Assembly (NCBI GenBank): GCA_964593185.1
Contig: CAZQJU010000005.1
Span: 2,180-66,179 of the forward strand
Origin: an uncultured Roseivirgaceae bacterium
Lineage (GTDB): Bacteria; Bacteroidota; Bacteroidia; Cytophagales; Cyclobacteriaceae
Reading direction: 5' to 3'
Length of the DNA stretch: 64,000 nucleotides
Below are positions 1 through 10,139 of this stretch, in pieces (position 1 is the first letter of the stretch; the number at the start of each line of letters is the position of its first letter). A program made the position numbers and the translations under genes. The notes beneath the pieces were generated by a model that saw nothing but the letters and a program-made list of their open reading frames with translations, made no database searches and had not been told where the DNA came from.

Positions 1-539
1 TGCTCTTCTCCTGACAACCCGACAAGTAAAATGGAGCTCTCAAAACTGTATTTGGATAAAACCCTGGCCGCTTCGATCACACCTGCCATACCCGATGCAT
101 TATCATTTGCGCCAGGGGAATCGTCCGTATAGTTCAGCGGGTCAGACACTCTACTATCAATATCTCCGGCCATGATGATATAGCGATTGGGGAACGTAGT
201 ACCGCGCTTGATAGCTAAGACATTTACCACTTCCGTATCCTTTATGATCCTTGTCTTCGCATTTCCTTTCTCTAATGTTCGTTGCATGGAAACTTCCAAG
301 CATCCACCGCATTCAGCGGAAATCTTGTCAAACTCTGACTTTATCCATCGTCTGGCGGCTCCAATACCTCGCGTATCAGAAGCAGTTTCGGAGAGTGTGT
401 GTCTGGTACCAAAGGACACCAATTTCCGAATGTCCTTTTCAATGCGATCCTCACTTACGTTCTGGATGATCTCTTGCGATGTTTGCGCAAAAACAGAGAA
501 ACAGGCGGAGACTAAAAAAGCTACTATTGTAAATCTCAT
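1..539 (-). CDS. M28 family metallopeptidase, exported (3' end runs off the window)
   Basis: Manual translation from ATG at 539: MRFTIVAFLVSACFSVFAQ signal peptide ...FGTRHTLS...GDIDSR...PGANDNASG...GEEQ, which are M28 Zn-binding motifs. Absent from the ORF track because it has no stop codon in the window. Confidence 0.85.
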   Translation of the reverse strand, partial: MRFTIVAFLVSACFSVFAQTSQEIIQNVSEDRIEKDIRKLVSFGTRHTLSETASDTRGIGAARRWIKSEFDKISAECGGCLEVSMQRTLEKGNAKTRIIKDTEVVNVLAIKRGTTFPNRYIIMAGDIDSRVSDPLNYTDDSPGANDNASGMAGVIEAARVLSKYSFESSILLVGLSGEE

Positions 540-545
540 TGAATG

Positions 546-3500
546 CTAACTATTGGGTTTCTGTACTTCCATACCCGACTTTATTTTCAAAAGAAGCGGT
601 GCATCGTTATTCCGACCAACCATCAAATGATCTTCACCACCTATGTTGATTTTCTCCAAAGACTTCAAGTTACCTTCAAATCGAATCTCTCGATTTAGTT
701 CTGTGTCGTAGGTAAATCCATCCACGCCATTGGACAGAAAAATTGCCCCTGATCCCATATCCAATCTTGGTGTCTCTACTTCTGTTTGATAAATGGTGCC
801 AACCGTGATAAAATCATCGTACCCATCCCCATTAAAATCAATTACCTCCGTATCCAACATTGGAGCTAATTGAGCCTCGATAGGAAGTGGACTAATGTCA
901 AATTCACCATCACCTTTGTTGATCAGGAGCAGGGAGCTAAAATCTCTTGCCTCCACCATATACGCGCCATCTAATTTATCGCCATACACATCCTCTAAGG
1001 TAGCTTTTGCAAACAAATCATATGATGGGAATTCTTGGGCTATGAACGGCATCTGGTTAGAAGAGCACTCTCTCCCTCGTAAAGGCACATAATCGCCATT
1101 GTATGTATTGCTAAGTACAATATCCCAAGTGCCATTGTCGTCAAAGTCACGCGCGTACAGCTTAAGTGGCTCCTCTTGTGAAGCCGGGTACTTCGAATTC
1201 AAGCCTAAATTGCCCACTATGTAGTCCGGGAGGTCATCTCCATTGATGTCTAATTCAGTTACATCAAACCACCATCCCTTTCTATCTGCTAATGATAAAC
1301 GCGACGACACATCTTTGAAACCACCTCCGGTATTCTCGAAAAAACCAATCCCAGTCCACTCCCCTACCACAATCAGGTCATCTAAGCCATCGCTATTAAA
1401 ATCTGATCGAATAATCTTGTTGACCATGCCGTAATCCAGCAGCTCTGGAATTACCTCTTTTGTAACGTCTACTAGCTTAGTACCCGTATTCCTATAGAGT
1501 ATTGACCGCTCAGAAACCGGATATTGACCAGGCACCAAGCGTGTACCTACCACAAGATCTTCGATACCATCAAGATCAAAGTCTATTGCGCATACTGACT
1601 TTCCACTTAACCTGTTGACCGCAAGTGAACTGTCCAACGCAAGTTGAAATTCGCCGAAACCATTATTAATGTAAATTCTGTCTTGATAGTTTTCATTACC
1701 TAGTTGAAACTCGTAACCACCACTAACAACATAAAGATCCTTATCTCCATCGTTGTCAATATCAAAGAAGGTAGACTCCATATCTTCATAAAATGGATTT
1801 AAAGCCATCGCCTCTGAAGTAGCATTAAAAAAGGACCCATTCGTAGTTTGAACAAACAATTGACCATTCTGACCTATAGCACCTCCAATGTAGAAGTCTT
1901 CTAACCCATCATTATTCACATCGGAAACAGCAATATCTGGACCCAGGTTGGACTGTTTGTAGGGTAGTAAAGTTTCGACCTCAAAGTCATTGTAGCTATT
2001 TTCTCTATGGCTAAAATCAATCCCGAGGCTATCTAAGCTGACCTGTTCTAGCGGTACCATGGAGTTTTGAACCATCAATGCGTTCGCCGAAGCATCAGCT
2101 TCCTTAAAAAGGACTTCTTGGTTAACGTCAAGGTTGTATCTCTTTTCTATTCGTCCAGACGGCCATTGTACAATCAGCGAGTCTATTCTATCGGCCTGAC
2201 CTAGTCCGAAATGAAGGGACGGATCCATTGACGACAAATAGCCTCTCACAGACTTGCTTTCCTTCTTTTGCACTGTTCCGGCAGAAGAAACCCAGACCTT
2301 GGCAAAAGCATGCTGCGAAGAAGCGTCAAATCGCACCCTCAAGAAGTTTCCAAGTCCGTTTTCCATCGTTGTGTTCTTGTAGATAAATGCTTCATCATCA
2401 ATGTTGTTTACCACCAAATCCAGGTCGCCATCATTGTCCAGGTCTGCGTAGGCGGCTCCGTTGGAAAAGGAGATGTCGGATAGTCCCCATGCATCATTGA
2501 CCGATTTAAATGACAAATTCCCAGCATTCCTAAACATGAGATTAGGCAGCTTTTCAGAAGGCATTTGCTCATAAATTTCTTTTTTAACCCTCAACGGAAT
2601 GCTGTTGCTATATTTCATCTTTGCACCTATCACTTTCGCTCTGATATCGTTATTGAGCGCATACTTTTTATACCCATTAGTGATGAAAACATCATTGGTG
2701 GTATTATTGTCAAAATCATTTAGTAAGACGGCCCAACTCCAGTCAGACTTAGAGAGTTTGGTCAAGTGTGAAGCATTCTTGTAATGGCCATCTCCGGAAT
2801 TAAGCTGAAGCGAATTAAACATGTACTGATAATGAAGCCCCAGGTCCTTTGTAAGCAGATCAAAGGCTTCCACATTCATCGATGCCATCAAGGTCTTAGA
2901 TCGGTAATGGTCTGTTGAAGCCATGTCCAAAACAAATATGTCCGGGTAGGTATCCGCATTCACATCTTCAATGTCTACACCCATTCCAAAGAACGAAACC
3001 TGCTTGGTATATTCTGAGATCTTGTTGCTAAAGGTTCCATCCTGATTATTGATATACATCATATCGGGGATGTAGTAATCATTCGCAACATAAAAATCGA
3101 GCCAGCCGTCGTCGTTGATGTCACTGACTATCAATCCTAAGCCAAATGCCGGTGAAAGGACGCCTGCGTCATCCGTTACATCCTTAAAAATACCGTCTTC
3201 GTTTAAGTAGAGATGGCATGAACTGTGATGTGCCAGCTCGTAGTTATTTTCTATGAAATTGTAAAAAGTTGAAGGGTCTGTGCCATAGAGAAGATTTTCA
3301 TTCATCACAATGCAATCCAGATCTCCATCCTTATCGAAATCAAAGAATGCTGACTGACTTGAAATGGACTCATCTGCCAGCCCATAGTCGGCGGCAGACT
3401 CTATAAAGGTTTGGTCTTTTTCATTGATAAACAGCAAATTCCTACTGCGTTCTCCGTGATTAGGTCCACCTTGGGAAACGTAGATATCTTGCCACCCATC

Positions 3501-3887
3501 GTTGTTGATATCCACAAAGGATACGCCTGTAGACCAACCTTTTCCTTGATTAATCCCGGCATCTTTTGTGATATCCTGAAACCGAAGATCTCCTAAATTT
3601 AGGTAAAGTCGATTGGAGTCTTGATTTGCTGAAAAGAATAAATCCAAAAGACCGTCATTATTGATATCGACTGTGGCTAAGCCCGCACCATTGTAGAAAT
3701 AGTCAAAATCAAACACATTGTCTTTTGATTGAATATCCGTTTCAATCCGGTTGATGAAACCCACACCGGAGTGGCTGGATGGTATGCGTTCAAAGATCTG
3801 AACTTCCTCTTTGTCGGAGCCCTTAGGGGTACATTGCACTAAGAGAAAAAGCGAGGAAAATAAAATTGCAATTGCGCTAACCTTCAT
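546..3887 (-). CDS. FG-GAP/VCBS repeat lipoprotein with ASPIC/UnbV domain
   Basis: Many DxNxDGxxD Ca-binding repeats; ASPIC-type 'GYLSS...LHFGLG...WPSG' segment; lipoprotein signal MKVSAIAILFSSLFLLVQC. Start moved from 3935 to ATG 3887. Confidence 0.88.
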   Translation of the reverse strand: MKVSAIAILFSSLFLLVQCTPKGSDKEEVQIFERIPSSHSGVGFINRIETDIQSKDNVFDFDYFYNGAGLATVDINNDGLLDLFFSANQDSNRLYLNLGDLRFQDITKDAGINQGKGWSTGVSFVDINNDGWQDIYVSQGGPNHGERSRNLLFINEKDQTFIESAADYGLADESISSQSAFFDFDKDGDLDCIVMNENLLYGTDPSTFYNFIENNYELAHHSSCHLYLNEDGIFKDVTDDAGVLSPAFGLGLIVSDINDDGWLDFYVANDYYIPDMMYINNQDGTFSNKISEYTKQVSFFGMGVDIEDVNADTYPDIFVLDMASTDHYRSKTLMASMNVEAFDLLTKDLGLHYQYMFNSLQLNSGDGHYKNASHLTKLSKSDWSWAVLLNDFDNNTTNDVFITNGYKKYALNNDIRAKVIGAKMKYSNSIPLRVKKEIYEQMPSEKLPNLMFRNAGNLSFKSVNDAWGLSDISFSNGAAYADLDNDGDLDLVVNNIDDEAFIYKNTTMENGLGNFLRVRFDASSQHAFAKVWVSSAGTVQKKESKSVRGYLSSMDPSLHFGLGQADRIDSLIVQWPSGRIEKRYNLDVNQEVLFKEADASANALMVQNSMVPLEQVSLDSLGIDFSHRENSYNDFEVETLLPYKQSNLGPDIAVSDVNNDGLEDFYIGGAIGQNGQLFVQTTNGSFFNATSEAMALNPFYEDMESTFFDIDNDGDKDLYVVSGGYEFQLGNENYQDRIYINNGFGEFQLALDSSLAVNRLSGKSVCAIDFDLDGIEDLVVGTRLVPGQYPVSERSILYRNTGTKLVDVTKEVIPELLDYGMVNKIIRSDFNSDGLDDLIVVGEWTGIGFFENTGGGFKDVSSRLSLADRKGWWFDVTELDINGDDLPDYIVGNLGLNSKYPASQEEPLKLYARDFDDNGTWDIVLSNTYNGDYVPLRGRECSSNQMPFIAQEFPSYDLFAKATLEDVYGDKLDGAYMVEARDFSSLLLINKGDGEFDISPLPIEAQLAPMLDTEVIDFNGDGYDDFITVGTIYQTEVETPRLDMGSGAIFLSNGVDGFTYDTELNREIRFEGNLKSLEKINIGGEDHLMVGRNNDAPLLLKIKSGMEVQKPNS

Positions 3888-3890
3888 ACT

Positions 3891-3924
3891 AAATAAAAAA
3901 AGAGCAGCGGAAAGCTGCTCTTTT
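3891..3924 (-). terminator. Intrinsic terminator-like hairpin inside the SusC/D locus
   Basis: Inverted repeat AAAAGAGCAGC-GGAAA-GCTGCTCTTTT; reads into a U-rich tract on the minus strand. Confidence 0.75.
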
Positions 3925-3946
3925 AAATATATCAAAAGTCAAAAAA

Positions 3947-4876
3947 TTAATCTACCGTAAAGTCGATTCCGTTAGGGAAATTAATTGAAGTTTCGCCTCC
4001 AAGACCGGTGTCAGGATTTACCCATGTAATAATCCAGTCATTTCCACTGATTACGGAACTTACAGTCCAGTTTGTACCGAATTCATCGGCTACTGCTGTG
4101 AATGACACGGCACCACAAACATCCTGGAATACGAATCCTCCTTGAACAGCATCTTCGTCTCCAAAGCAATCTGCAAGAACACCAAATGTAGCGTCATCAA
4201 ACTCATACTCACCAATTGCTATGTTTCCAGTATCCTCAATTTCAAGTGTGTAAGTCACGCTTGCAGATCCAGGATTTCCTGTGCTACAATTGATAGCTGT
4301 TGTAGTAGCGGTATACTCACCAGCTAGATTCGAAGCACAACCAACAAACACCGTAAAATCAAAATAACCTTGGAAGAAAGCTCCTTCCACAGTTGCTGAA
4401 GAATTCACGCTATTGAACGTATTCGTTGGTGTCACAATTTCACCTAAGAACTCAAACTCATCCTCAGGAGAAAGATCTGCTTCCGACAATCCAAAAGCCC
4501 CGATCAACTGAGCCGAAGTGAACGTAATCGTAGCCTCCGCAAATCCATCTTCGTTTGTAGTAAACTCAGAACTGGATAGCGATACAAAATCCTCAGCTGT
4601 ACGAGGATCTGCACTACCACTCTTGTACACTAAATCAGCAGTGTAACTTTCTACGTTGCTACCATTCACATCACTTACGAATTCAATTGTGTAGGTGTGC
4701 GTATAGCTACTAAAATCGTTCTGGTCTACAAGAAAGTTTGAGCTATTGTCAACTAATCGTATGTAAGTTCCTGTTTCCAGGTCACCGTACAAGAAAAGTG
4801 GCTTAGCATCTTCATCTTCACACGACATTACAAGCACTGCTAGTAATACCATTAAAAGCTTATATGTATTTTTCAT
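3947..4876 (-). CDS. SusE/F-position surface lipoprotein, unknown ligand
   Basis: Lipobox VMSC followed by acidic EDEDAK; beta-rich; four Cys in the C-terminal domain; directly after SusD. Start ATG 4876. Confidence 0.75.
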   Translation of the reverse strand: MKNTYKLLMVLLAVLVMSCEDEDAKPLFLYGDLETGTYIRLVDNSSNFLVDQNDFSSYTHTYTIEFVSDVNGSNVESYTADLVYKSGSADPRTAEDFVSLSSSEFTTNEDGFAEATITFTSAQLIGAFGLSEADLSPEDEFEFLGEIVTPTNTFNSVNSSATVEGAFFQGYFDFTVFVGCASNLAGEYTATTTAINCSTGNPGSASVTYTLEIEDTGNIAIGEYEFDDATFGVLADCFGDEDAVQGGFVFQDVCGAVSFTAVADEFGTNWTVSSVISGNDWIITWVNPDTGLGGETSINFPNGIDFTVD

Positions 4877-4894
4877 TCTAATTAACATTTAAGA

Positions 4895-6601
4895 TTAACG
4901 AAGTGTACTTAACTGTGGACTCCAGAATACTGGCACATCTTCAGTCTTTTGACTGACGTCAATATTACGATCAACGAACGCATTTGCATATCGCATAGAT
5001 CTAGGGAATGCCCCGGCGTTCTCTTCCTGTAATGGAGGAGCCATGTTAGCAGGCAATCCAGTTTTTCTGTACATGTTGTAAGCTTCTAAACCATTGCCAA
5101 ACGCCGCGATGTAGTACTCTTTGATGATCACATCTCGTCGCTCTGCATCACTTGTAGCTTCATCATATAGTCTACCTACAGTAGCTTCATAATCGGTAAT
5201 ATCATCATCTGTCATACCGAATGCAGCTTGTACAGTCGTAGTAGTTCCACCTTGTGTAACAGGAGAAGACATCTTGTTAGCTACTAAGCTTTCGAAGCCT
5301 CTAACCTTAGCAATAGATTCTCCTACGGCCTCAATCATCAATGCTCGCGGATCACCAGATCCGGAAGTCAGTGCCATGTCAGCTCTCATAAAATCCACGA
5401 AGGAAGAAAGAATCAATGGAGAAATACCATAGCCAAGACCTCCTGTTGTTCCAAGATTCTGCGTGTTCTCAAACTCGTTGTTATCAAAGTCTCCTGCCAT
5501 AGGATACAATCCATAAGCTGTTCTGATCGCTCCATCTGCAGGGATACCTGAACCATTTAGGTGATCTCTACCTGTGTAACCATCTGCAGCACCGTAGCAG
5601 TAAGGAATTCTAGGATCAATCAAATCCCAAGAATCAGGCTTGGAGTTCTGATCTGGAAGATCAGACAATACACATCCATAAGAATCCACTGGCTGCTTGT
5701 CAGAATTGTTCACTTTTCGATAGAAATAGTATCTCAATCGTGGATCACGAATCTCCGTGATTCCATCAGTGTCCAACTTCTCACCTCTTAATAACCACAT
5801 GTAGTAATTGGACATGTAGTCTCCATCAGCTTGCTCATACTGATTTACGTACCGGGGATGTCTAGACTCAGGAAGGTTTCTTCCCGTACCATAGTTGTAC
5901 TGGAAATCCTCATCCTCTGAATCAATGTAATCACCAGCAGAAATAATGCTGTTGAAGGCCGTTGTATTACCTGTTAGATAAGCTGCTCTTAACTTGATAG
6001 TATTTGCTAAAGTGATCCATTTTACGGGATCTCCACCATAGAAATTATCAAAGGCAGGAGCTATTTCCCCTGGATCATTCAATAATGCAATTGCTTCATC
6101 CAACAATGCGTCAGCTGCTGCATATACGTCAGCTCCCGGATCAACTCTTGGGCTTAATTCGTCCAGTCCTTGTCCAATTTCGCTGAAAGGAATGTCTCCA
6201 AACGTATCCACCATTTCCATCAAAATGAAAGCCTCAAGAATTTTTACTGTGCCCACATGGATGTTCAATCCTTGCGGTGCAGCAACCTCTTCAAGCGCAA
6301 TGATGTCTGGCAAGAAATCTGCATACATAGAGACCCATAGTGGATCAAATACTACAGGTAGTGTTGCCGCACCATAGTTTGGTGAAGTAGCATTGTACAT
6401 TCGTGATACTTCTCCAGTTTGATCCTCGAGGATAAAATGTATCTCTTCAAATTCTAACTGGATGTTGTTATAAATCGCGTCAATATCTCCAGAAGCTACT
6501 CCAGGAAAATTGGGATTCTCTTGCAGGTCTAAGTCAAAATTGTCACAAGACATTGTAAACGCAACCAGAACTGCGATATATATAAATATTCTATTCTTCA
6601 T
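4895..6601 (-). CDS. SusD/RagB family nutrient-binding lipoprotein
   Basis: Lipobox TMSC; 'DTFGDIPFSE', 'YGGDPVKW', 'EAYNMYRKTGLP', 'FPRSMRY' motifs; downstream of SusC. Confidence 0.92.
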   Translation of the reverse strand: MKNRIFIYIAVLVAFTMSCDNFDLDLQENPNFPGVASGDIDAIYNNIQLEFEEIHFILEDQTGEVSRMYNATSPNYGAATLPVVFDPLWVSMYADFLPDIIALEEVAAPQGLNIHVGTVKILEAFILMEMVDTFGDIPFSEIGQGLDELSPRVDPGADVYAAADALLDEAIALLNDPGEIAPAFDNFYGGDPVKWITLANTIKLRAAYLTGNTTAFNSIISAGDYIDSEDEDFQYNYGTGRNLPESRHPRYVNQYEQADGDYMSNYYMWLLRGEKLDTDGITEIRDPRLRYYFYRKVNNSDKQPVDSYGCVLSDLPDQNSKPDSWDLIDPRIPYCYGAADGYTGRDHLNGSGIPADGAIRTAYGLYPMAGDFDNNEFENTQNLGTTGGLGYGISPLILSSFVDFMRADMALTSGSGDPRALMIEAVGESIAKVRGFESLVANKMSSPVTQGGTTTTVQAAFGMTDDDITDYEATVGRLYDEATSDAERRDVIIKEYYIAAFGNGLEAYNMYRKTGLPANMAPPLQEENAGAFPRSMRYANAFVDRNIDVSQKTEDVPVFWSPQLSTLR

Positions 6602-6620
6602 TGTACTTATAATCTACGAT

Positions 6621-9600
6621 TTAGAACGTAAGGTTTAATGAAACTCCATACTTTCTAGCAGTAGGAGCAGTTCGGAAATCAAAGCCTCTTGAGTTACCAA
6701 CACCTGTACTTGAAATTTCAGGATCGAAGTTCAGACCTTCTGGTGTGTTCGGAGCATTAAACCAAAGGTTTTCTCCAGACAATGTAACTGATGCTCTTCC
6801 GAAAGGAGTATTTGCAAGAATTTGGTTAGGTAGAATGTAAGAAAGAGCTACTTGTCTCAATCTGATCACCGTACCATCAAATACAAATCCTTCTCCGTTG
6901 AAGAATGAGTTAAACGCCTCATCTCCTACATATACCTGAATATCGTTGACAGATCCGTCCGCTTTTACTCCTGGAAGAATTACTGGGGTGTTTCTGTCAA
7001 TGTCACTATCCGTAGAGTTTCCTCTTGCAAGAAGTGCAGCAGCGGTAGAAGAGTAAATATCTCCACCTTTGATGTACTGGAATTGGAAACTGAAAGTGAT
7101 TCCTTTCCATGACAACGTATTGAAGAAGTTCATTTGATAATCAGGGTTAGGATCACCAATTACGGCAAACTCATCTCCAATTTGGTAAGAACCTTCAGAA
7201 TCAACAATTAGGTTCCCATTGTCATCCTTCAACAATTGCTCTCCGTAGAATACACCAAACTGCTCTCCAGGTACAGCATAATTACCAACGTCGGTAATAC
7301 CTGCCTCAAAGAAATCCTCAGCTTCAATTTGAACTCGATCAATTCCTTCTAGAATGGAATTCACCTTACTCTCATTACGAGTATAATTACCTCGTACATT
7401 CCAAGAAAGCTCACCTGGTAACGGAACATTCACGTCCAATCCAAGCTCAATCCCTGTGTTCTCAATATCTGCTGCGTTGATCGTAGTTGTTGTAAATCCA
7501 GTGGATGGATCTAGCGGCAATTCAACGATCAAGTCCTCAGACTGCTTGTTGTACAATGACAGGTCAACTCCTAAGATGTTGTTGAAAAAGCGTCCTTCCA
7601 ATCCAAACTCAACCTCTGTGATCAACTCATTGGTCAACGCAGGGTTAGCTAGGAAGTTAGATACTGTGTTCGTTCCGATCACATCACCATTTGAATTGAT
7701 GAATGCGTTAGGATTAGATCCCAAGAAGTTTCGAGTTTGATACGGATCAGGATATCCAGCGGATGTACCGTAACCCAAACGCAACTTCAAGAAATTAACC
7801 ATTTCAGTGTCAGCGATTGCGGAGATCGCGTCACTAGCGACGAACGACAAACTAGCAGAAGGATAGAATACTGATCTGTTTTCTTCCTCTAGCGTAGAAG
7901 TCCAGTCATTTCTTGCCTGCAAGTTCAAGTACAAGAACTTGGAATAGCCAAGTGACGATGTCAAGTAAACTCCAAGCGTGTTCTCCTCAATAGTTCTTGT
8001 GAAGTTCTGGAACTGCGTGAAGTTCTGGTGTGTAAACAGGTTGTAAACAAACTGCTCCTGGCTACTTGCAACTTCAAGGCTGTTCAATTCTCTTCGAGAG
8101 TTAAATCCTAAAATACCATCAATGGTAAAGTCTCCACCAAGATCATAGTTATAAACAAGGTTTAAGATCTGATCCGAAAGGAAGTTGGTTTCAATCGCAG
8201 TTGAGTACTCTCCTCCTGGCTGTCTTGGACCACCTTTATTAATATATCGGCTGTTGCTCTGATCGTAGTTGTCCATTGACAATCTGTAGAGAATAGACAA
8301 GTTGTCGTTCAAGTCATAACCTAGATTAATGTTACCAAAGAATCTATTGATTGCTTCTGTCTGGCCACTGTTGTTAAGTGTCCACAATGGATTTTGAATT
8401 GGAGATCCTCTACGATAGTAGACGTTTGATCCATCAATAGGCGACTGGTAAGGAAGATTCATTAAATCAACTGATCGAGGGGTAAACAATACCGCAGCAA
8501 ACAGACCATTACCATCACCTCCAAATGAAGGAGCCGTAATTGGCGTCAACCTATCAGATCTTACAAAGTTGAAAGATGGTTGAATTTTCAAACCATTTTT
8601 CAAGGTAGTCTTCATACCAACAGAGAAGTTGTGCTTATCTAAGAAGTTAGATCTTCCTCCACCTCTAAGCTCATCAAGCTTTGGTGTAAACCCTTCCTCA
8701 GTTAGGTACCCATATGACATACTTACTGAAGTATTCGCATCTACCTGCGTAGAGATTTGAATGGAAGTATTTGAAGAAACTCCTTTTTGGAAGAAGTTTT
8801 CAACACTTTCGTAAGGTTGATACACATAAGGAGCGTCAATGAATTCAGGGAAATCATCGTTGTACTGAGACTGGTCATAGGGGTGAACAATCAAAACCTG
8901 ACCGTTCTCATTTAGACCTCGGAAGTTGTCACCATAAGACGACTCTCTTGTATCATCAAATCTTGGACCCCAGTTAGAGAAGAACCAACCAAATCCAAAC
9001 GCCCCAAACCCATTACCATAGGAATTTTGGTAATCAGGAAGGTTTGCTATCTCCGTCTGGAATACAGACTGAGTAACGTTGATTTCTGTCTTCTTGCTAA
9101 GGTCTCCTCCACCTTGTCCGGTTTTTGTAGTAACAAGTACTACACCGTTTCTTCCAGCCTCTCCGTAAAGCACTGTTGCTGAAAGACCCTTTAGAATGGA
9201 GATGTCCGCAATGTTATTGGGATCTAAATCCAAGAATCTTGACGAAGCAGTCGCACTTCCAGTTCCAAAGGACTGGTTACCAGAGTTTGCATTGGTATTG
9301 AATGGAACACCATCCACAACAAACAATGGCTGATTATTTCCAGAGATTGAAGAATAACCTCTAATAATCACATTCGTACCAGCTCCAGCAAGACCTGAAG
9401 TTTGCGTGATATCAACTCCCGCTGCTTGACCTCTAAGTAATCTAGAGACGTCAGCTTCCGGTCTGTTGGCTAGATCTGCTGATCCTACGCTAGCTACACT
9501 GTAGCCCAACGAAGCCTTTTCTTTTGTGATACCTAATGCAGTAACCACAACTTCTTGTAACTCAACTGCGCCACCCATCGTTACATCAATAGTGGTGCGA

Positions 9601-9851
9601 TTACCTACAACAACTTCTTGTGTCTCAAAACCAACATAAGAAATTACAAGTGTGGCTCCATCCTCGACTGAAAGTCGATAATTACCATCAAGGTCGGTTT
9701 GCGCCCCTGTGGTCGTACCCTTTATAAGTACGTTCACACCAGGTAGCGGCTCACCGGAGTCATCGGTGATTGTACCTGATACAGTCCTTTGAGCCATAAC
9801 CGTTGTTATAGTCCAAAGAACCAAAAAACTAAGTAGTAGTATCCTCTTCAT
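6621..9851 (-). CDS. SusC/RagA family TonB-dependent outer membrane transporter
   Basis: CarboxypepD_reg-like N-terminal domain; 'EVVVTALG'; 'IRGYSSISGNNQPLFVVDGVP'; 'LKGLSATVLYG..GRNGVVLVTTK'; ends in F. Confidence 0.96.
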   Translation of the reverse strand: MKRILLLSFLVLWTITTVMAQRTVSGTITDDSGEPLPGVNVLIKGTTTGAQTDLDGNYRLSVEDGATLVISYVGFETQEVVVGNRTTIDVTMGGAVELQEVVVTALGITKEKASLGYSVASVGSADLANRPEADVSRLLRGQAAGVDITQTSGLAGAGTNVIIRGYSSISGNNQPLFVVDGVPFNTNANSGNQSFGTGSATASSRFLDLDPNNIADISILKGLSATVLYGEAGRNGVVLVTTKTGQGGGDLSKKTEINVTQSVFQTEIANLPDYQNSYGNGFGAFGFGWFFSNWGPRFDDTRESSYGDNFRGLNENGQVLIVHPYDQSQYNDDFPEFIDAPYVYQPYESVENFFQKGVSSNTSIQISTQVDANTSVSMSYGYLTEEGFTPKLDELRGGGRSNFLDKHNFSVGMKTTLKNGLKIQPSFNFVRSDRLTPITAPSFGGDGNGLFAAVLFTPRSVDLMNLPYQSPIDGSNVYYRRGSPIQNPLWTLNNSGQTEAINRFFGNINLGYDLNDNLSILYRLSMDNYDQSNSRYINKGGPRQPGGEYSTAIETNFLSDQILNLVYNYDLGGDFTIDGILGFNSRRELNSLEVASSQEQFVYNLFTHQNFTQFQNFTRTIEENTLGVYLTSSLGYSKFLYLNLQARNDWTSTLEEENRSVFYPSASLSFVASDAISAIADTEMVNFLKLRLGYGTSAGYPDPYQTRNFLGSNPNAFINSNGDVIGTNTVSNFLANPALTNELITEVEFGLEGRFFNNILGVDLSLYNKQSEDLIVELPLDPSTGFTTTTINAADIENTGIELGLDVNVPLPGELSWNVRGNYTRNESKVNSILEGIDRVQIEAEDFFEAGITDVGNYAVPGEQFGVFYGEQLLKDDNGNLIVDSEGSYQIGDEFAVIGDPNPDYQMNFFNTLSWKGITFSFQFQYIKGGDIYSSTAAALLARGNSTDSDIDRNTPVILPGVKADGSVNDIQVYVGDEAFNSFFNGEGFVFDGTVIRLRQVALSYILPNQILANTPFGRASVTLSGENLWFNAPNTPEGLNFDPEISSTGVGNSRGFDFRTAPTARKYGVSLNLTF

Positions 9852-10139
9852 ACAATACTTTTTTGGTTAACAATTAGATAATAGGAAGTAAAAAAAAAGA
9901 AAATCTGTCGATCAAACAATATTTTCAGCAGATTAATGTAAACAATTCAACGTTTAAATAAGATTATTGCTCTTTTCACAATATTGCTTACAGTTTATTT
10001 TTCTACATAATCTGGCTTCTATTGAAGGAATAGCAAATTCAAGTATTCGAATTTCGGATTTTTATGAAATTCATTAAAATGAAGAATTACCAAAAAATTG
10101 TGAGCGCCAACATCCCATCCCCTCTATTTTTACCTTACA

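Noticed and set aside
187-549. 120-aa plus-strand ORF
   Set aside because: Antisense shadow of the M28 peptidase on the minus strand; no recognisable motifs.
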